Below are positions 13,538-27,874 of a stretch of DNA of 64,000 bases, piece by piece. Numbering within the stretch: the first letter of the stretch is position 1; the number at the start of each line of letters is the position of its first letter. Both the position numbers and the translations under genes were made by a program. The notes under the pieces are model-generated. The model made no database searches. It had not been told where the DNA came from and saw only the letters and a program-made list of their open reading frames with translations. Origin of the DNA: Octopus vulgaris (taxonomy: Eukaryota); assembly GCA_951406725.2 (NCBI GenBank), contig OX597827.1:10292001-10356000 (forward strand), given 5' to 3'.

Positions 13538-13835
13538 TATACATATATTTATATATAATAGATCTCCATGTGCATGTGTGTGTTTGTGTCTGTGTCTATG
13601 CTTGTCACCCCCATCACCACTTGACAACCGGTGTAGGTGTGTTTATGTCCCCGTAACCAAGTAGTTCAGCAAAAGAGTCTGACAGAATAATAACTAGGCT
13701 TAAAAAATAAGTCCTGAGGTCAATTTGTTCAACTAAAACCCCTCGAGACAGTGCTCCAGCATGACTACATTCTTGTTGACCGAAACTAGGAAAAAGAATG
13801 AGAAAATCAACGATTAGCATAATTACATGAAGGCT

Positions 13836-14152
13836 GTGGAGGCGCAATGGCCTAGTGGTTAGGGCAGCGGACTCACGGTCGTAGGATCGCGGTTTCGATT
13901 CCCAGACCGGGCATTGTGAGTGTTTATTGAGCGAAAACACCTAAAAGCTCCACGAGGCTCGGCAGGGTTGGTGGTGATCCCTGCTGTACTCTTTCACCAC
14001 AACTTTCTCTCACTCATTCTTCTGTTGGCCAGCTCGCTTAGCCAGCGGGGTGGCATCATTCGAAGGCTAAAACAATGCAAACGCATTGTGACCAGCGATG
14101 TGTAGCAACATCTGATGGTCTGGTCGGTCACATGATGAGGATGATGATGATG
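13836..14152 (+). mobile_element. SINE-B, tail type 2, full length
   Basis: tRNA-like head, (TGA)n tail, 11-bp TSD ACATGAAGGCT at 13825-13835 and 14153-14163. Confidence 0.9.
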
Positions 14153-14520
14153 ACATGAAGGCTATGTTTGAATCCATATACAAAAGACCAGTAGATGATC
14201 ATTTTAATTAGTTAACACATTTATATAAATGCCTTGCTTTATATTTCTTTATTTTGATATATTGATAAAAAAAAAAAAGCATGTAATATAAAGTATCCGT
14301 TTCGTTATTGAAACTATTCAGCAGTATGTTGAATTGAGCTTCCTTGTGAGAGAAATTAAGATCAAAGATAAAATATCAAAACAGTTGATATTTAGAGTCA
14401 AGGTCAATAGTGTTTTATTAGGCTACTGATTGGGAGATATCGATCTGTTTTCATTTTCAAATATGAAGATTCAGTTTTATTTATTGTAAGTTTCTTAGTT
14501 CATATATATGTATTTATGTG

Positions 14521-14561
<41 letters not shown>

Positions 14562-15079
14562 ATATATATATAAATGTATATATAGATATATAAATGTATC
14601 TCTCTATATATATATATATACACACACATATGTATACATACACATGCATATATATACATATATAGTTGTTTTACTTGTATTATCAGTTATTGTACTAAAG
14701 CTTTAGTCAAATGAATCCCCCATCCCCACCCCACCCTGCTGCCACCAGTACTTACTCTTAAAGTCTGGTACTTGCTCTATTGGTCTGTTTTACTGAATCA
14801 CCAAGTTACAAGGATGTAAACAAAAGCAGCTGTCAAGTGGTGGTGGTGGTGGCGGTGGTAGTGGTGATGGTGGTGGCGGTGGTGGTGGTGATGGTGGTAG
14901 TGGTAGTGGGGGTGGGGGGTGGAGAGCCAAACATGAGCACAGAAACATACACACACATATATTATAGGATGGGCTTCCACACAGTTTCCATTGCCAAATA
15001 CTGGTAAGTAATATAGTAGATGCATTGGAATAGCTAGCTGAAAGAGCAGCCATGAAATAAATTCTTCAAGTGTCTATAA

Positions 15080-15245
15080 GGTACCTTTGAAGAAGTTGAT
15101 ACTTTCTGTGAAACCGGGGCATGTAATTTAGCTTTGAGCAGCATCTCACAAAAGTATAGGCACCAGGGTAAAAATGGGCTGGAAAATCTTCAGTTGCTAT
15201 ATCAAGAAAGGGATTTTCTCTTCGAGTAAAGAGCAGCTTGAGGTA
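15080..15245 (+). pseudogene. RTE-type LINE RT-region relic
   Basis: FEEVDTFC and SIGTRVKMGWKIF resemble the RTE motifs LEVVDxFxYLG and ARxRxGWxKF. Confidence 0.5.
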
Positions 15246-15249
15246 TGTA

Positions 15250-15544
15250 CAGTAATCTCTCGCCATATAATGGTTCACCTATTGCGATTCACCTATCATA
15301 GTATATTTTTTTAAATTCTTTTATTCTTTTACTTGTTTCAGTCATTTGACTGCGGCCATGCTGGAGCACCACCTTTCGTCGAGCAAATCGACCCCGGGAC
15401 TTATTCTTTGTAAGCCCAGTACTTATTCTATCGGTCTCTTTTGCCGAACCGCTAAGTGACGGGGACGTAAACACACCAGCATCGGTTGTCAAGCAATGCT
15501 AGGGGGACAAACATAGACACACACACACACATACACACACACAT

Positions 15545-15585
<41 letters not shown>

Positions 15586-15830
15586 CATATATATGACAGG
15601 CTTCTTTCAGTTTCCGTCTACCAAATCCACTCACAAGGCATTGGTTGGCCCGGGGCTATAGCAGAAGACACTTGCCCAAGATGCCACGCAGTGGGACTGA
15701 ACCCGGAACCATGTGGTTGGTTAGCAAGCTACTTACCACACAGCCACTCCTTTATTTAAGTTTACATCGACTCCTCCATGGTGTTGTTTTGCATTTATGA
15801 TAAAATAAATATATACAAATTTCATAGATT
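15250..15830 (+). mobile_element. Tigger/pogo-like terminal fragment interrupted by SINE-A
   Basis: TA-CAGTAATCTCTCGCCATAT..GGTTCACCT resembles Tigger TIRs; no partner TIR seen. Confidence 0.4.
15316..15750 (-). mobile_element. SINE-A, young full-length copy
   Basis: CpG-rich; nearly identical to 51680-52086. Confidence 0.92.
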
Positions 15831-15911
15831 CTTGCTCAATGGAAGCACCTGAAAGTGATCCCATCTTAATTCAAGTAGATTATAAAGATCATTTTCTATC
15901 TCACCTTCAAA

Positions 15912-15957
<46 letters not shown>

Positions 15958-16037
15958 ATAAGACTTGAGAGATAGACAGGTTAAATAACATAGGTATTGA
16001 CCCACTGTCTAGAGAAACTGACCACGGTGATTATTAG

Positions 16038-16838
16038 CGGGTGGAATTTACCATGGTGGACTATACCATGGTGGAATTTACCTATGGTGAAATTTACCAT
16101 GGTGGAATATACCATGGTGGAATTTACCTATGGTGAAATTTACCATGGTGGAATATACCATGGTGGAATTTACCTATGGTGAAATTTACCATGGTGGAAT
16201 ATACCATTGTGGAATTTACCTATGGTGAAATTTACCATGATGGAATATACCATGGTGGAATTTACCAATGGTGAAATTTACCATGGTGGAATATACCATG
16301 GTGGAATTTACCTATGGTGAAATTTACCATGATGAGATATACCATGGTGGAATTTACCAATGGTGAAATTTACCATGGTGGAATATACCATGGTGGAATT
16401 TACCATGGTGGAATATACCATGGTGGAATTTACCTATGGTGAAATTTACCATGATGGAATATACCATGGTGGAATTTACTTATGGTGAAATTTACCATGG
16501 TGGAATATACCATGGTGGAATTTACCTATGGTGAAATTTACCATGGTGGAATATACCATTGTGGAATTTACCTATGGTGAAATTTACCATGATGGAATAT
16601 ACCATGGTGGAATTTACCAATGGTGAAATTTACCATGGTGGAATATACCATGGTGGAATTTACCTATGGTGAAATTTACCATGATGGGATATACCATGGT
16701 GGAATTTACCAATGGTGAAATTTACCATGGTGGAATATACCATGGTGGAATTTACCATGGTGGAATATACCATGGTGGAATTTACCTATGGTGAAATTTA
16801 CCAGGTGGAATTTTCCATGGTGGAATTTACCTAGAACC
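16038..16838. repeat. Quasi-palindromic 15/16-bp minisatellite with 46-bp higher-order unit
   Basis: Units ggtggaatataccat / ggtggaatttacctat / ggtgaaatttaccat; ends ..aatttacctagaacc. Confidence 0.95.
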
Positions 16839-17191
16839 AACTGGATGTGCAATACATCATATTTGAGGGCATGCAAGACATATGGAGGTATATGTCTTAG
16901 TAGTAAGGCTGTTGGACCCATGATCACAAGATTATGGCTTTGATTCTTGAGCTGGGCAATGCATTGTGTTCTTGAGTAAAGCACTTCATAATGTTGCTCA
17001 AGTCCACACAGCTGGTACAACAGAGTAATCCAGCAATGGATCAACATCCCATCTGGGGAGGTAGAGGCATGTGGTATAGTGGTTAGGGTGTTGGACTCTT
17101 GATCCTAAGATGTTGCTCGAGTTCTCACAGCTAACGAAAACAAGTAACCCTGTGATGGAGCGCATCCCATCCATGTGGGGAATATATATAT

Positions 17192-17388
17192 GAAATGCTT
17201 AGCGGTATTTCGTCTGCCTTTACGTTGTGAGTTCAAATTCCGCCGAGGTCGACTTTACCTTTCATCCTTTCGGGGTCGATAAATAAAGTACCAGTTTCGC
17301 ACTGGGGTCGACGTAATCGACTTAATCCGTTTGTCTGTCCTTGTTTGTCCCCCTCTATGTTTAGCCCCTTGTGGGCAGTAAAGAAATA
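17192..17388 (+). mobile_element. SINE-C (Meta-domain-like), 5'-truncated
   Basis: gtcgacttt.cctttcatcctttcggggtcgataaataaagtaccag core. Confidence 0.88.
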
Positions 17389-17486
17389 TATATATGCTAT
17401 GAACCTGGGAAACTGGCCCTTATGAGTTGGTCTAATTTCCTTTAACTTTAACACTTGGGGAGGAATATATATATATATATATATAT

Positions 17487-17668
17487 ACGTAAAAAGCACC
17501 CACTACACTCACGGAGTGGTTGGTGTTAGGAAGGACATCCTGCCATAGAAACACTGCCAGATCTGACTGGGCCTGATGAAGCCTTCCGGCTTCACAGACC
17601 CCAGTTGAACCGTCCAACTTATGCTAGCATGGAAAACGGATGCTAAATGATGATGATGATGATGATGA
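17487..17668 (+). mobile_element. Family D retroposon
   Basis: Family match, (TGA)n tail. Confidence 0.85.
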
Positions 17669-17899
17669 TATATATATATATATATATACCACAGAGACCA
17701 GGAAACTGACCTTGTGCCCCTTATGGAGTAACATGGGCTAATCAAAGACACTCTATTTTCTAAAGAAAATCAAAAGAAGTGTCAGCATGTCACTTTGGCT
17801 CCTATTTATGAAGTTGGGTGTCCCACAAGCTGCTTTTGTCTTTGGCACTCATACATTCCTGAATACATACTGCTGAAATTAGGGTCTGCCTAAGGTGTC

Positions 17900-18250
17900 C
17901 ATTTGTCCGTGTGTGTATCCATGAATGATGGAGTACAAATAAGCTAATATGTAATCTTGGTATGAGATGTGGTGTGCAAAAGAGAAGACTGTGTTTGGAT
18001 GGATATGTGATGTACACGAATGATGACCATTAATGGAAAATGAAGTGCCAAGGGATTCAAGTGCCGGCATGAGGAAGAGGAAGACAAAAAGGGAAGACAT
18101 AGGGAAATGGAAGGAAGTAGCGAAGATAGATCTCAGGAGATCGAATCTCATGAAGGAGATGACAAAAGATCTCCACAAATGGTAAGAAGCTGCAAGAGGG
18201 AAGACCCACTCAATCTATGAAAATATGGGAAAAAAAAAATGGATGCAGAA

Positions 18251-18270
<20 letters not shown>
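17900..18270 (+). pseudogene. RTE-type LINE 3' relic with (TGA)n tail
   Basis: GMRCGVQKRRLCLDGYVM, GRGRQK, WKEVAKIDLRRSNLMKEMTKDLHKW. Confidence 0.75.
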
Positions 18271-18284
<14 letters not shown>

Positions 18285-18623
18285 GGTGGTGGTGGTGGTG
18301 GTGGTGATGCTGGTGGTGGTGGTGGTGGTGGAGAAATATTGTTTTATATTTTTGTTTTTCTGTTTTCTTTTATTGTTTTTTTTTCATATTTCAAAGTAAA
18401 TGAATAAAACATTAAATAGATTAATCCTATCATTATTCACATGTTTTCAATAATTTTTTTTTTTTTTCAAATTGTATAAAGAAAAGCTAGATTTAAAATC
18501 TTAAGAAGGGAAACAAAAATTTACTGCCTTAGAAAAGTGGCAAATAAAAACACACATATACTTACAGATACACACACACACACAATCACACACACACACA
18601 CACTCACACTTGTGCACATACAC

Positions 18624-18965
18624 ACACTCATACATGTACCTTTACATATATATACACTGGCACCACTACCATCACCACCATCATCGTCATCATCATTTTA
18701 CATTCACTTTTTCTATACTTTCATGATGATGATATATATATACGTATACATATACATACACACATACACACACACATGCACACACATATATGCACACACT
18801 CATACACACATACACACACTCGTACATGTATGTTTACATATATATACACTGGCACCACTACCACCACCACCACCACTGCCACCGCCACCATCACCACCAT
18901 CATCGTCATCATCATTTTACATTCACTTTTTCTATACTTTCATGATGATGATATATATATACATA
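18624..18965. repeat. Local tandem duplication of about 190-220 bp
   Basis: atatatacactggcaccactacc...cattttacattcactttttctatactttcatgatgatgat occurs twice. Confidence 0.85.
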
Positions 18966-19763
18966 TATACACACATACACTCACACATATGTATATATGT
19001 TTGTATATCCAAATGTGAGTAGATGTGTGTGTGTGTTTAATACGGTCTATATTTCCCGCAGCATTCCTATCTAGTTATGAAGTAACTCTCTCTTTCTTTC
19101 TCTCTCTCTTCTTCTCTTTCTCTCCTTCCTTCTCACACTCTTTCTCTTTATATATATACAAATGCATGTATGTATGTATGTATGTATCATGTATCTTGTA
19201 GGATATAGTATGGAGAAAATAACTGAAGCAGTACTTCATATCTGTTGAGTGGGATATTTCAGAAATTTCATGAAACAACAGCTATTGATGTTGTTGTTAT
19301 TGCTGTTGTGTTGCTGTTTAGCCCCAGGTGAGCCCTGATAGATCAAGTGTTCCAGCCATAGACACTGTCTTTTAGAAGCATATCTAAGAGTTTATTATCT
19401 GTAGCATCCTTTCCATATTTAAGATGATACAATGCAATTTGAAAGCAATTTGACTGCTATCTCTAGTGGTTTTAATGACCATGTAGAACCCTCCTTGCTG
19501 GTTCTTACCCTTTTACTGGTTTTGGTCATTGGACTGCAGCCATGCTGGAGCACACTCTTGTAAGATTAGTTGAACAAATTATCTCCAGTATTTATTTTAA
19601 GTCTTGTGCTTATTTCATTGGTCTCTTTCTGAAAAGCTAAGCTATGGGAATGTATACAAACCAACACTGGTTATCAAGCAGAGAGGCAACAAACACAAAA
19701 CACACACACAAGAATATCTTCTCATCTATCTGTCTGTCTGACTATCAACATGTCTCTCTGTCT

Positions 19764-20051
<288 letters not shown>

Positions 20052-20634
20052 GTTAATTTTTGTGTCAAGTCCTACAACTCATAGGATCAATGACCCAGTT
20101 TCCAGTTTACATGGTGTATAACTGACCGACATGATAACATTTTCCCTGAACCAGATGCGAGTCCATTGGGAGATTAATCATTTACAGCCAAGTGAGAAGT
20201 AGCAGTAGAAAATAAAACACTTAGCTCCCGAAACATGATGCAGAAGCTGGTCGGGCAATCGAGACCACAGCCTTCTGATCATGAATGCAACACCCTAACC
20301 ACTGCACTACACACACACACACACACACACAAATGGATATACACACAAGATGGTTCTCCATACACTTTCTGTCTCCTTACTTTATTCATAACAGGCACTG
20401 GTCAGTTTGGGGCTATAGTAAAAGACACTTGCCCACAGTGAAGGGCTGTAGGATTGAACACAAAACTACATGATTGTAAGGTAAATTGCCTTCACTACCC
20501 AGCCATATAAATAGGCATTTGTTGTTGTTGTTCCTGATATTGTTATTGTTGCTGTTTAATTCCTGGTCAAGACATTTCTGCTGTGACCATAATATTTATA
20601 ATTTATATTTATAATTATAATTCTGCCGAGATTG

Positions 20635-21034
20635 GAGTGGCTGTGTGGTAAGTAGCTTGTTTACCAACCACATGGTTCCAGGTTCAGTCCCACTGTGTGG
20701 CACCTTGGGCAAGTGCCTTCTACTATAGCCTCGGGCCGCCCAAAGCCTTGTGAGTGAATTTGGTAGATGGAAACTGAAAGAAGCCCGTCGTATATATGTA
20801 TATATATATATGCGTGTGTGTGTTTGTGTGTCTGTGTTTGTCCCCCTAGCATTGCTTGACAACCGATGCTGGTGTGTTTATGTCCTCGTTACTTAGCGGT
20901 TCGGCAAAAGAGTCCAATAGAATAAGTACTGGGCTTACAAAAGAATAAGTCCCGGGGTCGAGTTGCTTGATTAAAGGCGGTGCTCCAGCATGGCCGCAGT
21001 CAAATGACTGAAACAAGTAAAAGAGTAAAGAGTA
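20635..21034 (+). mobile_element. SINE-A
   Basis: Full family match. Confidence 0.92.
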
Positions 21035-21417
21035 TTGAATTTGTCTTTCATCCTTTTGGGGCCAATGAAATAAATACTTCCATAGCCCCACTTGCTGAAA
21101 TTTCAGGCCTTGTGCCTATAGGAGAAAGGAATAGTTTTAGTTAGACTTAGTAGCTAATGAAGTACTACACTATCAAATGTGTATCCTTTTTCATTTAATG
21201 CAGTACTATGTGGTGTGAAGAAAATTTGACTATATAGGCACAGTGTGGTAAGAAGTTTGTTCCTCAACTATATGATTCTGAGTTCCATCCCATTGCATGG
21301 TACCTTAGGCAAGTAACTTCTACAATAGCCTCAAGCCAGCCAAAACGTTTTGGATTTGGTTGATGGAAATTAAAAGAAGCCTGTTAGTATATATATATAT
21401 ATATATATATACTAACA

Positions 21418-21830
21418 GGCACAGGAGTGGCTTTGTGGTAAGTAGCTTGTTTACCAACAACATGGTTCCAGGTTCAGTCCCGCTGCATGGCACCTTGGGC
21501 AAGTGTCTTCAACTATAGACTTGGGCTGGCCAAAGCCTTGTGAGTGGATTTGGTAGACGGAAATTGAAAGAAGCCCGTAGTATACATATGTATACATATA
21601 TGTTTGTTTGTCTGTGTTTGTCCCCGCCAACATCGCTTGACAACTGATGCTGGTATGTTTATGTCCCCATAACTTAGCAGTTCAGCAAAAGTGACCAATA
21701 GAATAAGTACTAGGCTTACAAAGAATAAGTCCTGGGGTTGATTTGCTCGACTAAAGGCGGTGCTCCAGCATGGCCACAGTCAAATGACTGAAATAAGTAA
21801 AAGAGTAAAGAGAGAGAGTAAAAGAGTAAA
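21418..21830 (+). mobile_element. SINE-A
   Basis: Full family match. Confidence 0.9.
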
Positions 21831-21935
21831 GTGGAAGTATACAAAAGTAAACATCATTTTTCCAGCTTATTAATTTGGTTTTATTTTGAAAACTAAAATT
21901 TTATTTCATGGTTTATCATTGTTTATATTTTGAAT

Positions 21936-21969
<34 letters not shown>

Positions 21970-23069
21970 GTCATCAAAATCTTTTAAGTGTTTAGGGCCT
22001 CCGTGGGTCTAAATCTGGCCCTGACTGTGGTGCTGGGCTGGGGTTTTAGATGATGGTAATTAGGAGCATATTGACACATATTGATAAAAATCAATTGGGA
22101 GATGGACAGAATTCCTTCTGGCATTTGTTCTGAGTGTCAGTGTTTCAAGTTCAAATCCAGGTTAACCTTGCTATTTTTGTTTTTCCTTCAAGGGTTGATA
22201 AATATTATACATGTCACACTCTAAATTTCTCTCTCTCTCTCTCACTCTTTCCATCTTCATCTCTCTCTCCTCCTCTTTCTTTTTGTTACTATCTCTCTCT
22301 AGCTCTCACTTTTTCTCTCTCTGACTTGGTTACGGTAGCGCTATGAAGAGTGACAACAGGGATCACTCAGTGTTCTTTGCCCCAAAAATAGAGTTGAGTG
22401 AGTACTAGCAACCCTTTCGCATAATAAAACTTGTATGTTGTGAGGAGTGTCAAAGTACAGCTGGGAACAGAAATGATGATGATAATGATGATGATGATGA
22501 TGTGGACGTCGTGGGGGGGGGGGGCGGCAGCGGCGGTGGTGGTAGTATAGAAGAGGAGAAGGAGATAGAGTGGTAGACAATGAGGATAAGTTGGTCGAAG
22601 GCTATTTTTTTCCTTACTTCCAAACCTGTGTCAACACTTCCCAGTTGCTCTCATCAAATGAGTTCCACATTTTAAGACAAACAACACAAGCATGAGCCAA
22701 TCAGAAACCTCTTATAATAGTCTTTTGAGCTGCTAGCAACAGCAGTCAAATCTCCCTTAATACAAATACTGCTTGGTGTCCAGAAAAAGAAGGGGTTCCC
22801 TCAATAATGAAGTACTAGATACATTATACCAGAAGAGGGGAAAAAATTAAGCCCATCATATGTTTAGGTGCTGGCATGACTGTATGGTTAAGAAGCTCAC
22901 TTTGCAACCATGTGGTCTTGGGTTCCATCCCACTGCACTGTACCTAAGGCAGGGCAAGTGTCTTCTTCTATATCCCTGGGCTGATCAAAGCCTTATGAGT
23001 ATGTGAAGGAGCATAGCTTAGTAGTTAGAGTATTTGGCTCATGATTGTAAGGTCGTGGGTTTGATCCCT

Positions 23070-23352
23070 CACCATCATCATCATTGTTCGACCGTGGTCA
23101 AGACAATGGAATTTACCATGCTACGCCAGACTTCACGGTCCATCATGGCATCACGGAGGTCCTGTTGCTGGATGCCTGTATCCCTGGAGATTACATCAGA
23201 GTAGGAGAGTGTGCGCCCTCTGGTATTGCGAGTAGATGGCTTCCAGAGGAGAAGAGTAGAAATTACCTCTTTTTCAGCTCTACAACAATGTCCAGCAAAC
23301 TGGACTCTCTTACCTTTCACAAGAGATGACACAGGTGGTAGTTTCCCATATA
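23070..23352 (-). mobile_element. 5'-truncated RTE/RTE-X-like LINE inserted in a SINE head
   Basis: Open frame IYGKLPPVSSLVKGKRVQFAGHCCR...DAMMDREVWRSMV, (TGA)n tail, TSD TTTGATCCCT at 23060-23069 and 23353-23362. Confidence 0.85.
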
Positions 23353-23649
23353 TTTGATCCCTAGCAGTGGATCATGTCATTAAGCAAGACACTTTAGTTA
23401 AATGATGCTCCAGTCCACTTACTCAAAAATTAGTTGTACCTGTTATTCAAAGAGCTGGATCCAAGTCTATGGAGTGCTTGGCCACTTGCACATTAATTTC
23501 ACGAGCAACATGTTTCATTTTCAGCTGTTCCATTCATCGGACCAACTGGAACATTTGTTGTCATACCTGACAGAGTGCTAGTGTGTATGTATGTGAGGGG
23601 TGTATATGTATGTGTCTTCGTGCTTTACAACTGGTATTGGTTTGTTCAT

Positions 23650-23881
23650 AAGGCGGTGAGCTGGCAGAAATGTTAGCATGCCGGGCGAAATGCTTAGCGG
23701 TATTTTGTCTGTGTTACGTTGTGAGTTCAAATTCCACCAAGGTCGACTTTGCCTTTCATCCTTTCGGGGCTGATAAATTAAGTACCAGTTACGCACTGGG
23801 GTCGATGTAATCGACTTAATGCCTACGTCTGTCCTTGTTTGTCCCCTCTGTGTTTAGCCCCTTGGGGGTAATAAAGAAATA
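23650..23881 (+). mobile_element. SINE-C nested in an older SINE-A
   Basis: 17-bp TSD GGTATTGGTTTGTTCAT at 23633-23649 and 23882-23898. Confidence 0.92.
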
Positions 23882-24956
23882 GGTATTGGTTTGTTCATGT
23901 CTTTATAACTTAGACCATTAGGCTAAGTACCAGACTTTAAAAAATATGAAGTAATGGTTCCATCTGTTTGACTAAAATACTCCAAAGTAGCACTCCGGTA
24001 TGGCCACAGTCTAGTGACTGAAACCAGTAAAAGATGAAAAAAAATTTAGGACTGACTTTTGGTTATAAAAATCAACAACAATAACAGTTATTGCAAATGG
24101 GGAAAATGAACCCTGTAACAAATGATCTTGGTTGAATAAGTTTTGAAAGATATATTTTCCCTACAATAATGCATTTGTTCTTAATGTAAGCATTAATTCA
24201 TAAGGTTAATTTAAGGAACTTAATAAGATTCTTTCCTCTATAATTCTTAAGGGACTTAATAAAATTCTTCCCTCTATCTCAATACCTTCAAGATAAAATT
24301 AAAGGTAAAAAATAGGGAAAGCAAATTCCTTGAAGAAACAAGCTCCTGGTTATCTATGAGAATATATTATAAGCCTAGAATAATCAAATCTACGAATTTT
24401 ATATAAACTATCACATTAAATGATTATATATGACAAATCACATTTTTTGCAGTATTTGTTATATAGCATAAATATTAATGATTTAGGGCTTTCAGATTCT
24501 TAAGCAAGTTTCTTTATCTTTTAATTTATATTCAAATATCTCTAGGAGGTTGCTTACCACAAGATTAATGTAAAAGCTGAATATTAGTGGAGTTTTTCAG
24601 ACATATCCAAGAACTAGTCTTTCTTTTCCATTTTAATGATAAAATAGAAAAAAAAAAATAAATAAATAAATGCTATTAAAAAACAAAAAAATCAGCATTG
24701 AATATTCTAATTTGCATATGCACATCTACCTGAACACATAGATATATGTATATTTTTTACAAGATATTTTGTAGTTGTCATATCAAGTATTTTTTTCCCC
24801 TTCAATTATACTTTTTTTGTGTGTATGTGTTGTTTTCTTATTGGCTTTTGTATAAAAAAAAGTTTTAAAGAAAATTTCCAATATTTCGTATAAAAAAACA
24901 ATAAATAAATGTGAAAAGAAGGAATGCAAAGAAAATTTGACTTTCAATAAGATATG

Positions 24957-24988
<32 letters not shown>

Positions 24989-25036
24989 AGTATGTAGCTA
25001 AGAATGTATACATACATATGTGAGCATGTATGTATG

Positions 25037-25076
<40 letters not shown>

Positions 25077-25110
25077 TATGCATATATATGCATGTATATG
25101 CATGTATATG

Positions 25111-25146
<36 letters not shown>

Positions 25147-25488
25147 TACATACATACATGCATACATGCATGCATACATACATATAAAGATATGAAGATT
25201 TCTAAAAAGCATATTTTTTTTTTTACTTTATTTTCTTTGAACATCTTATTTCAGAATTATGGAATGCTGGCATGGAAAATACGATTTGCATGCTCTTTAT
25301 ATTTGAGTGCAATTTTACCGGTCTGCTCTTAAAAGCAATGTTGCTGGAAGAATGTATGTAAATATACTTTCCATGCACATTGAGAAAAATATACCTATTA
25401 CACACATACTCTCTCTCACACATACACTCATGCACACACACACACACTCACATGCACAAATACATAAATACAGATACACATATATTCA

Positions 25489-25520
<32 letters not shown>

Positions 25521-25567
25521 TACATATGTATATATATATATGTGTATGTATGTGTATATATATATAT

Positions 25568-25604
<37 letters not shown>

Positions 25605-25708
25605 CGTACATATACATACATTATATACACTTTTATAAATGCACAAACACACACTCGCATACATGCATATCTATCTATCTCTCTCTCTCTCTCTCTCTCT
25701 CCCACACA

Positions 25709-25768
<60 letters not shown>

Positions 25769-26129
25769 GTCAGACAGATATAACTATACGCACACATTTA
25801 GTAAAACTTTTTCTTAATGATATTTTTCTGTTCTACAACCGAAAGTGATGTTTCCTGTTAGCCACATAGAATGTAAGGTTGATCTTTATATTGGATACAT
25901 ATAAGTAATGGTCGAAGATGTGAAGTACTATTAACCTGGGTTCTCTGGGACAGAAATCAATACTTCTTGCTAGGAAGAAGATGAAGAGAGAAATACCACC
26001 TAGCTACTTGCTTATGCCTCAGGCTAAGCTGCAGAAAATCTTCAATTCAAGAAAGTGTTGATGAAGGATTCTAGAAGTTGTTTACCATAACAAAATAATA
26101 ATAATACTGATGCTAGTGGTGATTGTTGT

Positions 26130-26380
26130 TGTGGTGTTAGTGTTAGTGGTGGTGGTGGGGGTGGTGGTGATGGTGGTGATGGTGGTGGTGGTGGTGGTGA
26201 TGGTGGTGGTGGTGTTGGTGGTGGTGGTGGTGGTGGTGGTGGTGGTGGTGGTGGTGGTGGTGGTCATGGTCGTAAGGGTTATGGTCGTGGTGGTCGTGGC
26301 AGCCATGATAATGATGATGATGGTGATGGTAGTTGTGGTGGTGGTGGTGGTGATGGTGATAATGGTGGAGGTGGTGGCAG
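26130..26380. repeat. (GGT/GAT)n microsatellite
   Basis: Direct repeats. Confidence 0.92.
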
Positions 26381-26576
26381 TAAAGAGATGGGGCTGGAGG
26401 AAGAGGTGTGATAGTGATAACAGTGATATATTAATATAATAATAATGAGAATAATGATAATAATAATAATAATAATAATAATATATACACACAAACACAC
26501 ACATATTTGTATATACATATACATACACACACATATATATACATATATATACATATATATACATACATATATATAC

Positions 26577-26624
<48 letters not shown>

Positions 26625-26780
26625 GCACACATACACATCTATACATATGTGTATATGAATGTGTATGTATGAATGTTTGTATGTATGTATGAATGCATGT
26701 ATGCATTTATGTATACACAAACAGTCACCTACGTTTGTGATCAGGAATACACTCAATATAAAGATGTGGACCCTCCACTT

Positions 26781-26811
<31 letters not shown>

Positions 26812-27046
26812 CATTCGAAAGCAATCTGTACCAAAATGTATTGAGCTAGTACAGAGTAGCAAAGACAAAATTCCATAAATCACTCGTTACCCCAAAATAT
26901 TAATGGCTTTACTGGTCACCAAGATGACAAAAAAAAAAATTTGAAGACTGGACATCCATGCTAACCATTATGGAAAGATAAGGGGAAAGAATTTAACCAT
27001 CAGTGTGAACGTAAAAGTAAAAGGTGATATGATTGATTTATATAAA

Positions 27047-27095
<49 letters not shown>

Positions 27096-27221
27096 ACATA
27101 AATATTTATTCATTTGTTTGGTGTCCATTTATCCATATATAATCTCTCTCTATACATATATATGTATATAGACATATATGTATATATATATACACACATA
27201 TATACATATACACATATATGC

Positions 27222-27530
27222 ATAGCACTATCCGAACGTGGCCGTTGCCAGCGCCGCCTTGGCTGGCTTCCGTGCCGATGGCACGTTAAAAGCTCCAACC
27301 GATCGTGACCGATGCCGGACCCCCCCCCCCCTGGCACCTGTGCAGGTGGCACGTAGAAAGCACCCACTACACTTGCGGAGTGGTTGGTGTTAGGAAGGGC
27401 ATCCAGCTGTAGAAACTCTGCCAGATCAGACTGGAGCCTGGTGCAGCCCCTGGCTTCCCAGACCCCGGTCGAACCGTCCAACCCGTGCTAGCGCGGAAAA
27501 CGGACGTTAAATGATGATGATGATGATGAT
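27222..27530 (+). mobile_element. Family D retroposon with two modules
   Basis: Family match, (TGA)n tail. Confidence 0.85.
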
Positions 27531-27581
27531 ACATATACATTTATACATACATACATTCATACATGCATACATACATACATT

Positions 27582-27613
<32 letters not shown>

Positions 27614-27693
27614 CATATATACATATGTACACACATGCATACATATTTTATCTAAAATGTATAGTATTATATATCCATCACGACAAATCTTAC

Positions 27694-27757
27694 CAATCGG
27701 TTTTGCACAAGAAATGCAATGGAGTGTATTATACAACCTTATACTCATCAGAGTTAG
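27694..27757 (-). other. Candidate 64-nt exon
   Basis: Acceptor tttccttctgtatcag| and donor TTG|gtaaga in a non-repetitive island; frame 0 open (LTLMSIRLYNTLHCISCAKPI). Confidence 0.35.
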
Positions 27758-27826
27758 CTGATACAGAAGGAAATATGTGTACATAAAGATATGCATATAT
27801 ATGTGTATACATATATATAATATATA

Positions 27827-27874
<48 letters not shown>

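Noticed and set aside
16038-16838. CRISPR-like array
   Set aside because: Units are contiguous with no unique spacers, there are no cas genes, and the context is eukaryotic
21985-22023. hAT-like end (taaatctggccctg), and a Tc1-like end at 49597-49622
   Set aside because: Single short termini without a partner TIR or TSD
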